From contig JBMORU010000001.1 in the NCBI GenBank assembly GCA_049322215.1, positions 755 to 64,754 of the forward strand: a DNA stretch of 64,000 nucleotides, written 5' to 3'. A program made the translations under genes and the position numbers. Below are positions 11,528 to 21,465 of the stretch, in pieces. Each line of letters opens with the position of its first letter. Within the stretch, counting starts at the first letter, position 1. The stretch comes from Patescibacteria group bacterium (GTDB lineage Bacteria > Patescibacteriota > WWE3 > UBA101185 > UBA10185). Below the pieces are notes generated by a model. That model had not been told where the DNA came from, made no database searches, and saw only the letters and a list, made by a program, of their open reading frames with translations.

Positions 11528-11650
11528 CCGAAGACAGCAAGTTTCGTTTGCATGAGCGAATTAAATACCTTGCCGAGGAATCTTTTATATTTATTTGCCA
11601 ATTAAGGTTTAATAACTTTAGATTCACTCACGTCTTCGTGAGTATTTTTT
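11528..11650 (+). ncRNA. Ribosomal protein L10 leader (autoregulatory cis-RNA)
   Basis: CCGAAGACAGCAAG...TTAAATACCTTGCCGAGG matches the L10-leader pattern and lies directly upstream of rplJ. Confidence 0.8.
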
Positions 11651-11662
11651 TAGGGAAATTTT

Positions 11663-12187
11663 ATGCCAAATAGTAAAAAAGTTGAACTAGTAGCACAACT
11701 AAAAGAAAAAGTAGCCCGCTCTAAGTCAATTATCTTTACCGAATATCAAGGTTTAAGTGTAAACCAAATAAATGAGCTAAGAGGTAAGGTGGAAGATAGC
11801 GGAGCTGAGATGGTAGTTGCTAAAAACACCTTGCTAAAAATTGCGCTAAAGGACGAAAAAGTAGGAGGTAAAGAATTAGATGAGCACTTAAAAGGCCCCA
11901 CTGCTAGCATTTTTGCTTATGAAGATGCAATTGCCCCTTTAAAAGCACTAGTAGAATTTGCTAAAACAGCAGAACTACCTACTTTAAAAGCAGGATACGT
12001 AGACGGTGTTTATTCAAAGGCAAGTGACTTAGAAGTACTAAGTAATTTACCTAGCCGAGAAGAATTATTGGCTCAAGTTGTGGGTACTATGAAAAGGCCA
12101 ATTAGCGGTTTAGTAACTGCACTAGGTGCAACTCAAAGAAATTTTGTGTATGCACTTTCAGCTATTGCTGAAAAAAAGGAAAATTAA
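11663..12187 (+). CDS. rplJ: 50S ribosomal protein L10
   Basis: K...V..LKE...Y.GL.V..I..LR...VAKNTL...GPT...LPSREELLAQ motifs. Confidence 0.97.
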   Translation: MPNSKKVELVAQLKEKVARSKSIIFTEYQGLSVNQINELRGKVEDSGAEMVVAKNTLLKIALKDEKVGGKELDEHLKGPTASIFAYEDAIAPLKALVEFAKTAELPTLKAGYVDGVYSKASDLEVLSNLPSREELLAQVVGTMKRPISGLVTALGATQRNFVYALSAIAEKKEN

Positions 12188-12229
12188 GTTAAATTTAGGG
12201 CAATAAATTTGCCTAGGAGGTGTCAAAAA

Positions 12230-12670
12230 ATGGCAGACGATGTAAAAGAAACTACCGAAGATACCAAAGAAGAAATAAAACTTTCTGGCGATGCTAAGAA
12301 AGTAATGGATATGGTAGAAAAAATGACCGTACTAGAACTTAACGACTTAGTTAAAGCTCTAGAAGATAAATTTGGCGTAACCGCAGCAGCCCCTATGATG
12401 ATGGGAGCAATGCCTATGGCAGGTGCCGCAGATGCTGGTGCTGATGTTGAGGAACAAACCGAATTTGACGTTGTACTTGCTGATGCAGGAGCAACAAAAA
12501 TTGCAGTTATTAAAGCTGTAAGAGAACTAAACCAATCTTTAGGTTTAGTAGAAGCTAAAGGCTTAGTAGAATCTGCACCTAAAACTATTTTAGAAGGTGT
12601 GAAAAAAGAAGAAGCTGAAGCTGCTAAAAAGAAACTAGAAGACGCAGGTGCTAAAGTAGAACTTAAGTAA
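12230..12670 (+). CDS. rplL: 50S ribosomal protein L7/L12
   Basis: [19 protein letters not shown]...EQTEFDVVL...[10 protein letters not shown]...GAKVELK. Start placed at ATG 12230 after AGGAGG (12215-12220). Confidence 0.97.
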   Translation: MADDVKETTEDTKEEIKLSGDAKKVMDMVEKMTVLELNDLVKALEDKFGVTAAAPMMMGAMPMAGAADAGADVEEQTEFDVVLADAGATKIAVIKAVRELNQSLGLVEAKGLVESAPKTILEGVKKEEAEAAKKKLEDAGAKVELK

Positions 12671-12687
12671 GCTGTCCTGCTTCTAAA

Positions 12688-12719
12688 CAAAAAAGCGACC
12701 CAAACGGGTCGCTTTTTTT
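12688..12719. terminator. Bidirectional intrinsic terminator between rplL and glgA
   Basis: AAAAAA-GCGACCC-AAAC-GGGTCGC-TTTTTT between convergent genes. Confidence 0.85.
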
Positions 12720-12740
12720 ACATTAAGCGCATTTAATAAA

Positions 12741-14180
12741 TTACTCTTCAAGATCTTCAGCTAAATCTAAAGCACGCTGACGTAATTCTATAACTTCTTT
12801 ATACAAAGCTTTATATTGAATTGCACTTGCATCCCAACTAAAGTCAGCAACCATTGCGTTTTTTACCATTTCAGAGTGTAATTTTTTATCTTTAAAAGCT
12901 TTTAACGAATTTTCTATTGCTTGCTGTAAAGCATTAGCACTATAAACATTAAACAAAAAGCCTGTTTTTCTTTCTGCTACAGTGTCTTTTAAACCACCAG
13001 TGGCATGCACTACAGGTAAAGCACCATACCACATACCTATCATTTGAATTAGTCCACAAGGCTCAAAACGAGAAGGCACTATAATAAAATCGCTAGCTGC
13101 ATATATTTCTTGAGCAAGTTCTACATCAAATATGATATTTATAGACAACTTACCTTTATATTTGGCAATATCTGTTAAGCTACGTAATTTTGCCTCCCAA
13201 ACAGGATCCCCTGTTCCTAAAATTACAAGTTGGGCATTACTATTTATAATGTCAGGAATTGTTTCGTATAAAATATCAAGCCCTTTTTGATTAGGATCTA
13301 ATCTACCTATGTAGCAATACATAGGGTCATCAGTAACATTTAACTTAAACTTCTTTTGCAATAATTCTTTTGCAGAAGCTTTAGCTTCTTTCCAATTATT
13401 TAAATCATAAGAGCGCGGAAACTGCGAATAATCTATACCATTTAAAATACCGTCAAGGCGTCCCCTCCTGCCTTGCAAATACTCCGACAATGGTCCACCT
13501 AAATCATTAAACAATATTTCTTTAGCATATGTAGGAGACACCGTACTTATAAAATCAGCGGCCAGTATACCCTGTTGCATCATATTAATATCACCATCAG
13601 CAATATCAAGGTCAACAATAGGATCAGTGCCAGGCACAATGCCTATTTCTTCTACTAAATCTAAATCACCTAAACCCTGATATGACAAATTATGAATGGT
13701 GAGTACAGTTGCAGGCCGAGTGCTTCCTATTTCTTCTTTTAGTAAATGCGTAATTAATCCTGTATGCCAATCATTGCAGTGAACAACATCGTAAGTGTTA
13801 AACTTAGCCTTTATAAATTCGACAACGGCCACATCAAAAAACGCAAACATTTCAGTTTCTGTCACATTATTTGCAAACGCATTAGAACCACCAGTTGCAA
13901 AGTAATTAGCATTTTTTAACATTATTACATCTACATTAGAATTTGGAAGTTTAGTTTTATAAACATTCACAACGTGATTTTGACCATCAAAGGGCACCTC
14001 TAAATCTACACCTTTATAAACTTTTAAATTTTCTACCTTGGCATTTGGATAAAATGGAACAATAACATCGGCATCTACACCGGCTTTTTCTAACGCTTTA
14101 GGCAGTGAGCCTATTACATCACCTAAACCACCTAGTTTAACTATGGGGGCAACTTCTGAGGCAGCAATTAATACTTTCAT
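12741..14180 (-). CDS. glgA: Glycogen/starch synthase (GT5)
   Basis: SEVAPIVKLGGLGDV, HCNDWHT, TIHNLSYQG, PSRFEPCGL, TGGLKDTV motifs. Confidence 0.93.
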   Translation of the reverse strand: MKVLIAASEVAPIVKLGGLGDVIGSLPKALEKAGVDADVIVPFYPNAKVENLKVYKGVDLEVPFDGQNHVVNVYKTKLPNSNVDVIMLKNANYFATGGSNAFANNVTETEMFAFFDVAVVEFIKAKFNTYDVVHCNDWHTGLITHLLKEEIGSTRPATVLTIHNLSYQGLGDLDLVEEIGIVPGTDPIVDLDIADGDINMMQQGILAADFISTVSPTYAKEILFNDLGGPLSEYLQGRRGRLDGILNGIDYSQFPRSYDLNNWKEAKASAKELLQKKFKLNVTDDPMYCYIGRLDPNQKGLDILYETIPDIINSNAQLVILGTGDPVWEAKLRSLTDIAKYKGKLSINIIFDVELAQEIYAASDFIIVPSRFEPCGLIQMIGMWYGALPVVHATGGLKDTVAERKTGFLFNVYSANALQQAIENSLKAFKDKKLHSEMVKNAMVADFSWDASAIQYKALYKEVIELRQRALDLAEDLEE

Positions 14181-14202
14181 TGTTAAAGATTAACAGATAT
14201 TG

Positions 14203-15756
14203 TTATTTAGAGGAAGGTTGTTTAGAGTTTTCTTTTTTCCACTCTTCAAAGGCCTCTTTAGTTGGAACTCCTGCAAAATACTCTTTTGCAAAAGAGCTAA
14301 GTTCTTCCCATTTGTGTTGTAAAAATGGCTTAACTTCAGGAATATTTCTTGCAGACCATAACTCGTCTACTACATGCAAAACATCATAAATATCTGTTCC
14401 TTGTTTGAGCTTTATTAAAGCATCACGCCATTTAATTGCTTCTTCAAAGTTATTTTTTTCAGCAGCTTTACGCATTTGATCTTCAAATTCTAATACAATT
14501 TGGTTGTACCATTCAGTAGGGGTTCTTTCTTTAAAAGGCTTTTTCATATACGTTGACGAATTAATCAAATGCTTTTCTCTAATGTAACCACTTCGTTGCC
14601 ACTCAAATGCTTGATCTAAAATTTGTCTATAAAAAGATAGGGCTTTTTTGTAAGAATCACTACTCTCAGAATTCAACAATTTAAGAACCTCCTTAAGTGT
14701 AAATGCTCCTTGCTCAAGCATTTCTAAACTCCACCAAGGCTTTACACTTGCCCACCAATACTGATCTGAAGCAATTGCCTTATTTAGCAGCTGCCTGGCT
14801 TTTTTCCAACTATCAAGGGATTTATTTGAGTAATTATTAACCTCGTTAATGACGGAATTTGTTAAATCCCACTGCAATTTATGAATAGGATTCTCAGGGT
14901 CACTCCACAAAATAAAAGATTTAGCATCGGTTGCAGTTTTTTTCTCTTTGTCTAACCAAAAATCTTGCTCTTGATTAGTCCAAGTGCTAGCGCGTAAGTT
15001 TACCTTTTCTACAGGCATTTCCAAAGATAGTAAGTCAGAAACTGTCAAAGACTGAATTTCGCCGTTTGACAACACATCAAAAAACACCTTATCTAATCCT
15101 ACCCTGTGATGACCAAAAGTTTCTGCATCCATTACCACAAACCAGTAAGAATCAGTTTTTTGCAAATCAACTGTTTCTTTTAGTAATTGTTTGGAATTTC
15201 GAACAACTCCTGATAGTAACAAAGAACTTACCCTTTTATTTCTAAACATTATGTACAAATTTGATTCGTTTTCTTGAAAAATCTTATCAGGAATGGGTCT
15301 GTCAGAACCATAGGCAACCTGTGGTGCAGCTAACCACTTATAATTTAGCGATGATATTACTTCTAAAACTTTGCTACTAACAGCCATTTCAGGTGAAAAA
15401 AATCCAACAGGACTAAAAGATGAAAAATGCTTTTTTAGTGTTTTTTCATTCAACTGTATTTGATTTATAATTTCTTCTTTTGGAAGTAATGGCAAAAAAG
15501 CATGATACATAGCACTGCCGGTAAACTCTATTTGATTTCGAGTGTGCAATGTGTTTAAACCTTCAATTACATCACTATAAGAGTTTTCTAAAAGCAAGTC
15601 TACTAAAGCTCCAGAAATATTAACAACTATTTTAGTATTACTATTTTCTAACAAACCACGTACTAAAGGTCTATAACACTCATTAACAATTCTATCCAAA
15701 ATATCTTTTTGTTGATTGTAAGGCTGATAAAAATGTAGTAAAGGTATTAATTTCAT
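14203..15756 (-). CDS. Glycoside hydrolase family 57 protein with C-terminal UVR (UvrB/UvrC-like) coiled-coil
   Basis: LHFYQP, HAFLPLL, GFFSPEMA, MDAETFGHH, SDQYWW are GH57 motifs. EDQMRKAAEKNNFEEAIKWRDAL is a UVR-like motif. Confidence 0.85.
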   Translation of the reverse strand: MKLIPLLHFYQPYNQQKDILDRIVNECYRPLVRGLLENSNTKIVVNISGALVDLLLENSYSDVIEGLNTLHTRNQIEFTGSAMYHAFLPLLPKEEIINQIQLNEKTLKKHFSSFSPVGFFSPEMAVSSKVLEVISSLNYKWLAAPQVAYGSDRPIPDKIFQENESNLYIMFRNKRVSSLLLSGVVRNSKQLLKETVDLQKTDSYWFVVMDAETFGHHRVGLDKVFFDVLSNGEIQSLTVSDLLSLEMPVEKVNLRASTWTNQEQDFWLDKEKKTATDAKSFILWSDPENPIHKLQWDLTNSVINEVNNYSNKSLDSWKKARQLLNKAIASDQYWWASVKPWWSLEMLEQGAFTLKEVLKLLNSESSDSYKKALSFYRQILDQAFEWQRSGYIREKHLINSSTYMKKPFKERTPTEWYNQIVLEFEDQMRKAAEKNNFEEAIKWRDALIKLKQGTDIYDVLHVVDELWSARNIPEVKPFLQHKWEELSSFAKEYFAGVPTKEAFEEWKKENSKQPSSK

Positions 15757-15785
15757 AATTATTCAATATTAGTCTTTTTTTGAGG

Positions 15786-17000
15786 CTATATTTCTTTGCT
15801 AATGATATCACAGCTATCGCTAACTAATTTTTCCAGTTCAGCATCTCCCAAAAGCCGGGCAGTCTCTTTGTACAGCTCTAACCCACGCTCAATCATCCAA
15901 GGCACTTTAACACTTTCAGACGATGCCCACCAAAAAGGATCGCTGTGTAACGCTTGTAGCATTTTTATGTCTAATGTTAGTTTAGAATCATTTATTGCAG
16001 AAAGTATGCTATCTTGCCAAATTGGCTTAGCTTCAAATCCTTCTATTTTTTTATAAGAATCATCTTTGTAAGAAGACATAAGGTTTTTAACTATTTTCCA
16101 TAAATTCTTATGAACTTCATTACCTTTTACATCCCAGCGAGGATAGGCGTTTGCCTCTACCATGTCGGCATCACTTGCCGCCCAACTTGATTCTAAAATA
16201 GAGTCATGCAATTTAACAGGACGCTCACTGTACACATAATCACCAACACTTATTATTTGTACTTTTTTATCTAAAAGCTCCTCTAAAAAAATATCTAGCA
16301 AATAAATGCCCTCTTTATAATGATGTCCAAAAAATTCTCCATCTAAAGCTATAATGCTTGATGAGGTAAAAACATCATGTAAGTTTTTGGTATCTAAATC
16401 ACGCTTAAAAGACAAAACATTACTTAATGTTCTGTTGCGTACTGCCAAAAGCAACTCGGTATCTTTATCTAAATAAACGCCATACCTAGTACCATCTTTC
16501 CCATTAAAAGATGTGGGTATAGCAGATTCATCAAGTAATACCCAAGAATAAGAAAGTTCTTTTAGCTGCTTTAAAACTTTTTTATTAATTGCAAGTTCAG
16601 GAGGAAAAAATCCGTTTAAATCTCTTACAAGTATTGAAGGGTCTCCTTCAAAATCAGTATCCCTACCAAAATAGTAACCCAAGCCATATTCGTTTAAAAT
16701 AATCTCCTTTGTAACTAAAGGTGCTGTTAATTTAGAAAGTAAAGGATGGTAAGCTCCCGAACCTACAAGTTCTAATCTACCTGCTTCTAATAATTCTTTT
16801 ACTTGGCTGATCCATTCGTTATAACCATAAGCATTCAACTGCTGAACTAAACTTAAGGGAATATTAAAAGTGAATTTTACATTTTTTTTTGATTTAAGTA
16901 GCTTTAATAAAGGCGCGTAAGATTCTTCCATTACTTTTCGCACAACAAGTTCATCTTGAGTAATAGGCTGATACAAATGAAATAAGAACGCAATATTCAC
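15786..17000 (-). CDS. Glycoside hydrolase family 57 protein
   Basis: FHLYQP, YHPLL, GFFPPELA, LDGEFFGHH, HSDPFWW motifs. GTG start 6 nt after TATAAT. Confidence 0.87.
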   Translation of the reverse strand: MNIAFLFHLYQPITQDELVVRKVMEESYAPLLKLLKSKKNVKFTFNIPLSLVQQLNAYGYNEWISQVKELLEAGRLELVGSGAYHPLLSKLTAPLVTKEIILNEYGLGYYFGRDTDFEGDPSILVRDLNGFFPPELAINKKVLKQLKELSYSWVLLDESAIPTSFNGKDGTRYGVYLDKDTELLLAVRNRTLSNVLSFKRDLDTKNLHDVFTSSSIIALDGEFFGHHYKEGIYLLDIFLEELLDKKVQIISVGDYVYSERPVKLHDSILESSWAASDADMVEANAYPRWDVKGNEVHKNLWKIVKNLMSSYKDDSYKKIEGFEAKPIWQDSILSAINDSKLTLDIKMLQALHSDPFWWASSESVKVPWMIERGLELYKETARLLGDAELEKLVSDSCDIISKEI

Positions 17001-17018
17001 AAAAGGATTATAACGGTC

Positions 17019-17119
17019 AAAAAAAAATTGTACAACCCAATCCGGGAAAGAACCTATCTTATTCTCCTGCCCACAGAATAAGAGTTTCTTTCCCGAATTG
17101 CATCATACAATTCTTAACG
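17019..17119 (-). ncRNA. Candidate ~100-nt rod-shaped small RNA with its own promoter
   Basis: TTGACA-N17-TATTAT with extended TG (17153-17125), an imperfect hairpin over 17026-17112, then a T9 tract. Confidence 0.5.
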
Positions 17120-17161
17120 GCAAAATAATAGCAAATTAATATAGGACTGTCAATAAACGAC

Positions 17162-18742
17162 TTAGTAGGAACCTTCTCTGGGGTGCTTTTCGTGTTTCAA
17201 AGAAAATGTTTTTTTATACAAGCGCTCATATTCTCCTGCACTGTATTCCCAGCTAAAGTCCTGGGACATTGCGTTAATTTGAATTTTCTGCCAGACTTCT
17301 TTGTTTCTATAAAGTTCAATTGCCCTAACTATTTGACCAAATAAAGAAAACTCATTGAAGTCAGTAAAAACAAAACCAGTACCTTCTCCAGTAGATACAT
17401 CAAAGTTTTGTACAGTATCAGCCAAACCCCCAACCTTACGAACAAGAGGCAGTGCACCATAACGCATGGCTTCTATTTGAACTATACCGCAAGGCTCAAA
17501 ACGAGATGGGAATAAAATTACATCACTCCCACCAAAAACTAAACGAGGTAGTGTGAAATTAGGATAAGGATGAATACCTACTTTGTCAGGAAATTTACGT
17601 TGAAGACCTCGAAGCATTTCTAATAAACCACCATCTCCGCCACCCACATGCACAAACTGAACTTCAAAATCTTTCATGACGTGTTCTAACGTGCGCGCAA
17701 TTAGGTCTACACCTTTTTGCCACTCTACCCTGCCAACGAAACCAAGCAGAGGAATATCTTTACTGACACGCAAGTCAAATTCTTCTTGTAGCGCTGTTTT
17801 ATTTTCTATACGATCTTCAATAGATTTAGCGGTGAAGTTTTTCTCTAAAAGTGGATCTGTGGCAGGGTTTAACGTTTCATAATTAATACCATTTATAATG
17901 CCAAACAGTTTACTTCTAACTTCTAAAAGAAGTTTATCTAAACCCTGACCAAAATCAGGAGTTAGTATTTCTTTGGAATACGTTTTAGAAACAGCATTAA
18001 CTGCATCTGCATATATTATTCCTCTTTTCATAAAATTTTGTTTATTAATTCTTGGAGAAAAAAAAGATGCTATTGGAGAACGGCCATCATCGTAATCAAG
18101 CTCTGACATGTTCATATGATCCAAATTCATGCCCTGAATAGATAAATTATGAATTGTAAACAAACAAGGAAGTAAACTTAAAGAATCATCTTTACTGTAA
18201 ACAGTCTTCAAATAATTTGGTACGCATCCTGTATGCCAATCATGTGCATGAATTACATCGGGTACAAATACCTTCGGGTCTTTAATAAACTCCAACACCC
18301 CTCTAGATAAAAGAGCCCATCTTGTAGGGTCATCACTATAGCCATACACATTAGCTCTTTTTTCATAATATTCGTGATTTTCTAAAAAATAAGTTGGTAC
18401 AGCGTTTTTGACGCTAAGTTTTACATTGCATATTAGTTCAGGATTTTTTTCATCATCAGTTGGAACAATTAGTCCCTCATGTATTAACTCAAGTTCATGC
18501 TTTTCTTCATCAATAAAGCCAAATTTAGGCATAAAAATACGAACATCATGCCCTCTTTTAATTAAAGCTCTCGACAATGCCTCAATAACCATGGCAATGC
18601 CACCAACAGAAGCATAAGGTGTTGCCTCAGCAGCCACCATTAAAATCTTCAGTTTTTGTTCAGGAGTTTCTTTAGAAGAATCAGTAATTAAATCTTCTAA
18701 TACTTTTTTTATTATGTGCTTGTGTTTATTTTGTACAACCAT
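17162..18742 (-). CDS. glgA: Second glycogen/starch synthase (GT5) paralog
   Basis: AEATPYASVGGIA (variant of KxGGL), HAHDWHTG, TIHNL, PSRFEPCGI, VGGLADTV. Start moved to ATG 18742. Confidence 0.9.
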   Translation of the reverse strand: MVVQNKHKHIIKKVLEDLITDSSKETPEQKLKILMVAAEATPYASVGGIAMVIEALSRALIKRGHDVRIFMPKFGFIDEEKHELELIHEGLIVPTDDEKNPELICNVKLSVKNAVPTYFLENHEYYEKRANVYGYSDDPTRWALLSRGVLEFIKDPKVFVPDVIHAHDWHTGCVPNYLKTVYSKDDSLSLLPCLFTIHNLSIQGMNLDHMNMSELDYDDGRSPIASFFSPRINKQNFMKRGIIYADAVNAVSKTYSKEILTPDFGQGLDKLLLEVRSKLFGIINGINYETLNPATDPLLEKNFTAKSIEDRIENKTALQEEFDLRVSKDIPLLGFVGRVEWQKGVDLIARTLEHVMKDFEVQFVHVGGGDGGLLEMLRGLQRKFPDKVGIHPYPNFTLPRLVFGGSDVILFPSRFEPCGIVQIEAMRYGALPLVRKVGGLADTVQNFDVSTGEGTGFVFTDFNEFSLFGQIVRAIELYRNKEVWQKIQINAMSQDFSWEYSAGEYERLYKKTFSLKHEKHPREGSY

Positions 18743-19481
18743 ATATCTAAGCAGCAAAGTAAGTATATAACAAATTGCTTTTTTTCGCACTATTAGAGCT
18801 AAATGTACACCTACGATTGAAAACTAGAACAAACTGTTGACAAACCACCTAATATTACAAATAATGATTACAGCATAGTGAGTAAATAGATAACTCAGAA
18901 GAACCTCGCAGTTGCATGCCAAATCCGGCATTAAAGGATAAGCGGGCAAACCGCACAAGCAAAGTAAAAACCCGGGTACAGTATTAGTACATTGAAAATT
19001 GAAAAAGAAGTTACGATCTCCTAAATATTTCATATTAAAATTACTTATTAAAAGATAAATAGATATATAAAGATACATTGGGATAAAAAATGAGTAAAAA
19101 CTGCAATAAAGATAAAAAGAGGAAAACTGATAGTTAGATATAAACCAGTTACGTATATATGAAATGTTTATGAAAAAAAAGATTGTTAATATAAATGATG
19201 TTAATAAATCTTTTATACCTAGCATTACTATAAATAGATGCTCTACATATGAAAATTTGATAATTAAAGAGAAATTGATAATAAGTAGAAATTAGATAAA
19301 TAGAAAAGCTAAGTAATGAATTACAAAGTAAAAAAGCGGAGAGATGTTCGTAACGCCCCTCTAGGGCACAGCTTCTACCATTATCATGCATTTACCCTAC
19401 CCCTGTTTAGGATTAAATAGAGATATAGAGCAAATTGAGCTAAAGAAAGATATTAAAATCCTAACCTCTATGCCGCAAGAA

Positions 19482-19504
19482 GCCCCCTGAAGGGGCGTTT
19501 TTTT
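19482..19504 (+). terminator. Intrinsic terminator with no upstream + strand ORF
   Basis: GCCCC-CTGAA-GGGGC followed by a T tract. Confidence 0.6.
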
Positions 19505-19549
19505 GTTTTTATAAGGTATAATCTTCAAAAATTAACTAGTATAACAAGT

Positions 19550-19579
19550 AAAAAAAAGGCCGCACTAAATGCGGCCTTT
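19550..19579 (-). terminator. Intrinsic terminator of the HTH gene
   Basis: AAAGGCCGCA-CTAAA-TGCGGCCTTT hairpin with a T tract on the minus strand. Confidence 0.75.
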
Positions 19580-19597
19580 AATTTTCTCAATAATTGC

Positions 19598-20686
19598 TTA
19601 ACTTGCAATTGATTCAAATTCTTTTGCTAATTCTTCTTCCCCATTGTCCAGCAAATCTTTTTTCAACTGAATATCTGAAACAACATTTAAGCCGTGCATT
19701 TCTTTTTTATTGCTATAAAGTGAAGCACTATCAGAAATTAGCAAGCATAGTTGCGCATTGTTTTGATCAACTTCAGTAAGTTGAAGAGATTTCTCAAAGA
19801 AAGCGCGATCCCCGGAACGTACATATGCATGAAGTAATGAAAATGGTTTTATTGGCTTGTGCAAAGACAATCCGGCATTCATAGTAAACGCATACTCTAC
19901 AGATGCCTTAGAAGCACTTTTGTCTAATTGCTGCGCAATGTCTTTTAAACCACCTACACCACTCTTGTAGTAGTAAACACTTTTGCTAGGATCAGCAGAT
20001 TCTGTAGAATCTTGAGCTAAACCACTAACCTGCTCTGTTGGCATTGCTTGCTCAACTGGAGTGCTAGGCTGCTGCTGTGTTTGTTGAGGCTGTGCAGTTA
20101 CAGTTGCTGCTTCCACAGTTGTATTTTGTTGGCTAACAACTTGACCTTCTTGCTCGACTTTATATTTTTCGGCAGCTGCTCTAAATTTAGCTAACCAATC
20201 AACTTCAGCATCATTATCAGCTGTAGAAGATGTAGACTCTACAGGGGTAGAAACTTCTTCAGAAGGCTGTGGCTGAACGACAGGTGCAACTTCCTCTGTT
20301 ACCCTAGTAGGAATTTCAGTACTTTGCTCAACAGTTTGTGAAACTTGTTGAGACTGTTCACCAGAATCTGCAGATGCAATAGGAGCCTCAGTATCTTTTT
20401 CAGCGACAGGTGCTGAATTTTGTACTTGGGTTGATACTGGCGACGAAGCGCCTACTTCAACTTGCTGAGCAGGTTGAACTTTAGGAGAAGACTCTTTTGT
20501 ATCATTTTTTTCTGGGTATAAAAAGTCTAAAATGTTTTGTTTTGTAAATCTATGTCTGCCAGTTACAGTTTTTACTTCGGCATCAATTTTTCCCTCTTCT
20601 AAATACCTGTAAATGGATCTTAGACTTACGCCGAGTATGTCGGCAACTTCAGTAGATGTATAAAATCTGTCTTCTATTTCTATCAT
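19598..20686 (-). CDS. Excisionase/MerR-like HTH protein with long Q/S/T/E-rich linker and C-terminal AbiEi_2 (DUF2186)-like domain
   Basis: FYTSTEVADILGVSLRSIYRYLEEGKI...GRHRF is HTH_17-like. C-terminal YAFT...LHAYV...GLNVVSDIQLKKDL resembles AbiEi-type domains. Confidence 0.7.
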   Translation of the reverse strand: MIEIEDRFYTSTEVADILGVSLRSIYRYLEEGKIDAEVKTVTGRHRFTKQNILDFLYPEKNDTKESSPKVQPAQQVEVGASSPVSTQVQNSAPVAEKDTEAPIASADSGEQSQQVSQTVEQSTEIPTRVTEEVAPVVQPQPSEEVSTPVESTSSTADNDAEVDWLAKFRAAAEKYKVEQEGQVVSQQNTTVEAATVTAQPQQTQQQPSTPVEQAMPTEQVSGLAQDSTESADPSKSVYYYKSGVGGLKDIAQQLDKSASKASVEYAFTMNAGLSLHKPIKPFSLLHAYVRSGDRAFFEKSLQLTEVDQNNAQLCLLISDSASLYSNKKEMHGLNVVSDIQLKKDLLDNGEEELAKEFESIAS

Positions 20687-21465
20687 ATAAACATGTTGGC
20701 ATTGATGAAATTGTTTGTCAATAAGTTATGTAAGTTGGTTAAGCTTTTTTATGAAAGAAGAAGAAAAAACAGCTTTCTTAATTACAAGACGAGAGAAAAT
20801 AACAACAGCTCAAAATATGTATTTGAAGGAAACAAGGATAACTCTTGGTAAATAATTGAAGGCATTATTTAATTCAATAGGTAGCTTAGAATCAAAAAAA
20901 ATAATTACGTATTATGTGTCCTATATACTTGTTAACATGTTTTTAAGTGACTAAAATTAGATCAATACTGCACAATCATCTTCTTCCAACTTTTCGAATA
21001 GTCGTAGCAATCACGACGTTTTTCTCATTTAATAACTTATTAGAACGACTTTAGTTCTTATTACATGGCAAAGTTGCTTTTATAAAGTAAGTACATATTT
21101 AAAGCTTTTTTTTGCTTATATAACCTACTAGAAGCGGTTTTAGTATTTAAACCACTTATGCACGTAATGCCAAGAATTGACATACTTGTAAGAATATTAT
21201 TGTGACTTTCCAACTTTAGGGGATTACTCAACATCTTTTTCTTGAAATACGACTTCTAGGCAGTACTTGCGTTACATAAAACACCTGACCAACATTAGTT
21301 ACAATTGCGATAAAAGGGTATTTTTAAAAAGATTTACGGGCAAGTTAGAGATCAAAGACACATATAACCCTAACTTTCAGTATTTGACGATTTAGAGTTT
21401 TCAAACATACATGAATCTTTAGCATATTTTTTACTGAAATAAACTCATTAGACGTAACTTTTCTG

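Noticed and set aside
17026-17112. SRP (4.5S) RNA
   Set aside because: Rod shape fits, but the conserved CAGG...GNRA...AGCAG domain IV motif is absent.
18940-18985. c-di-GMP-I riboswitch (GGGCAAACC...GCAAAG)
   Set aside because: No GAAA tetraloop/receptor or P2-P3 architecture, and no downstream + strand gene.
18824-19391. 133-aa and 80-aa minus-strand ORFs
   Set aside because: F/Y/I/L-rich translations expected from the reverse of A-rich non-coding DNA.
19336-19476. 6S RNA (GAGATGTTCG resembles the E. coli 6S 5' strand)
   Set aside because: The complementary 3' strand and central bubble could not be built. Kept only as an unnamed ncRNA candidate.
20687-21465. Replication origin
   Set aside because: No cluster of TTATCCACA-like DnaA boxes seen and no dnaA/dnaN nearby.
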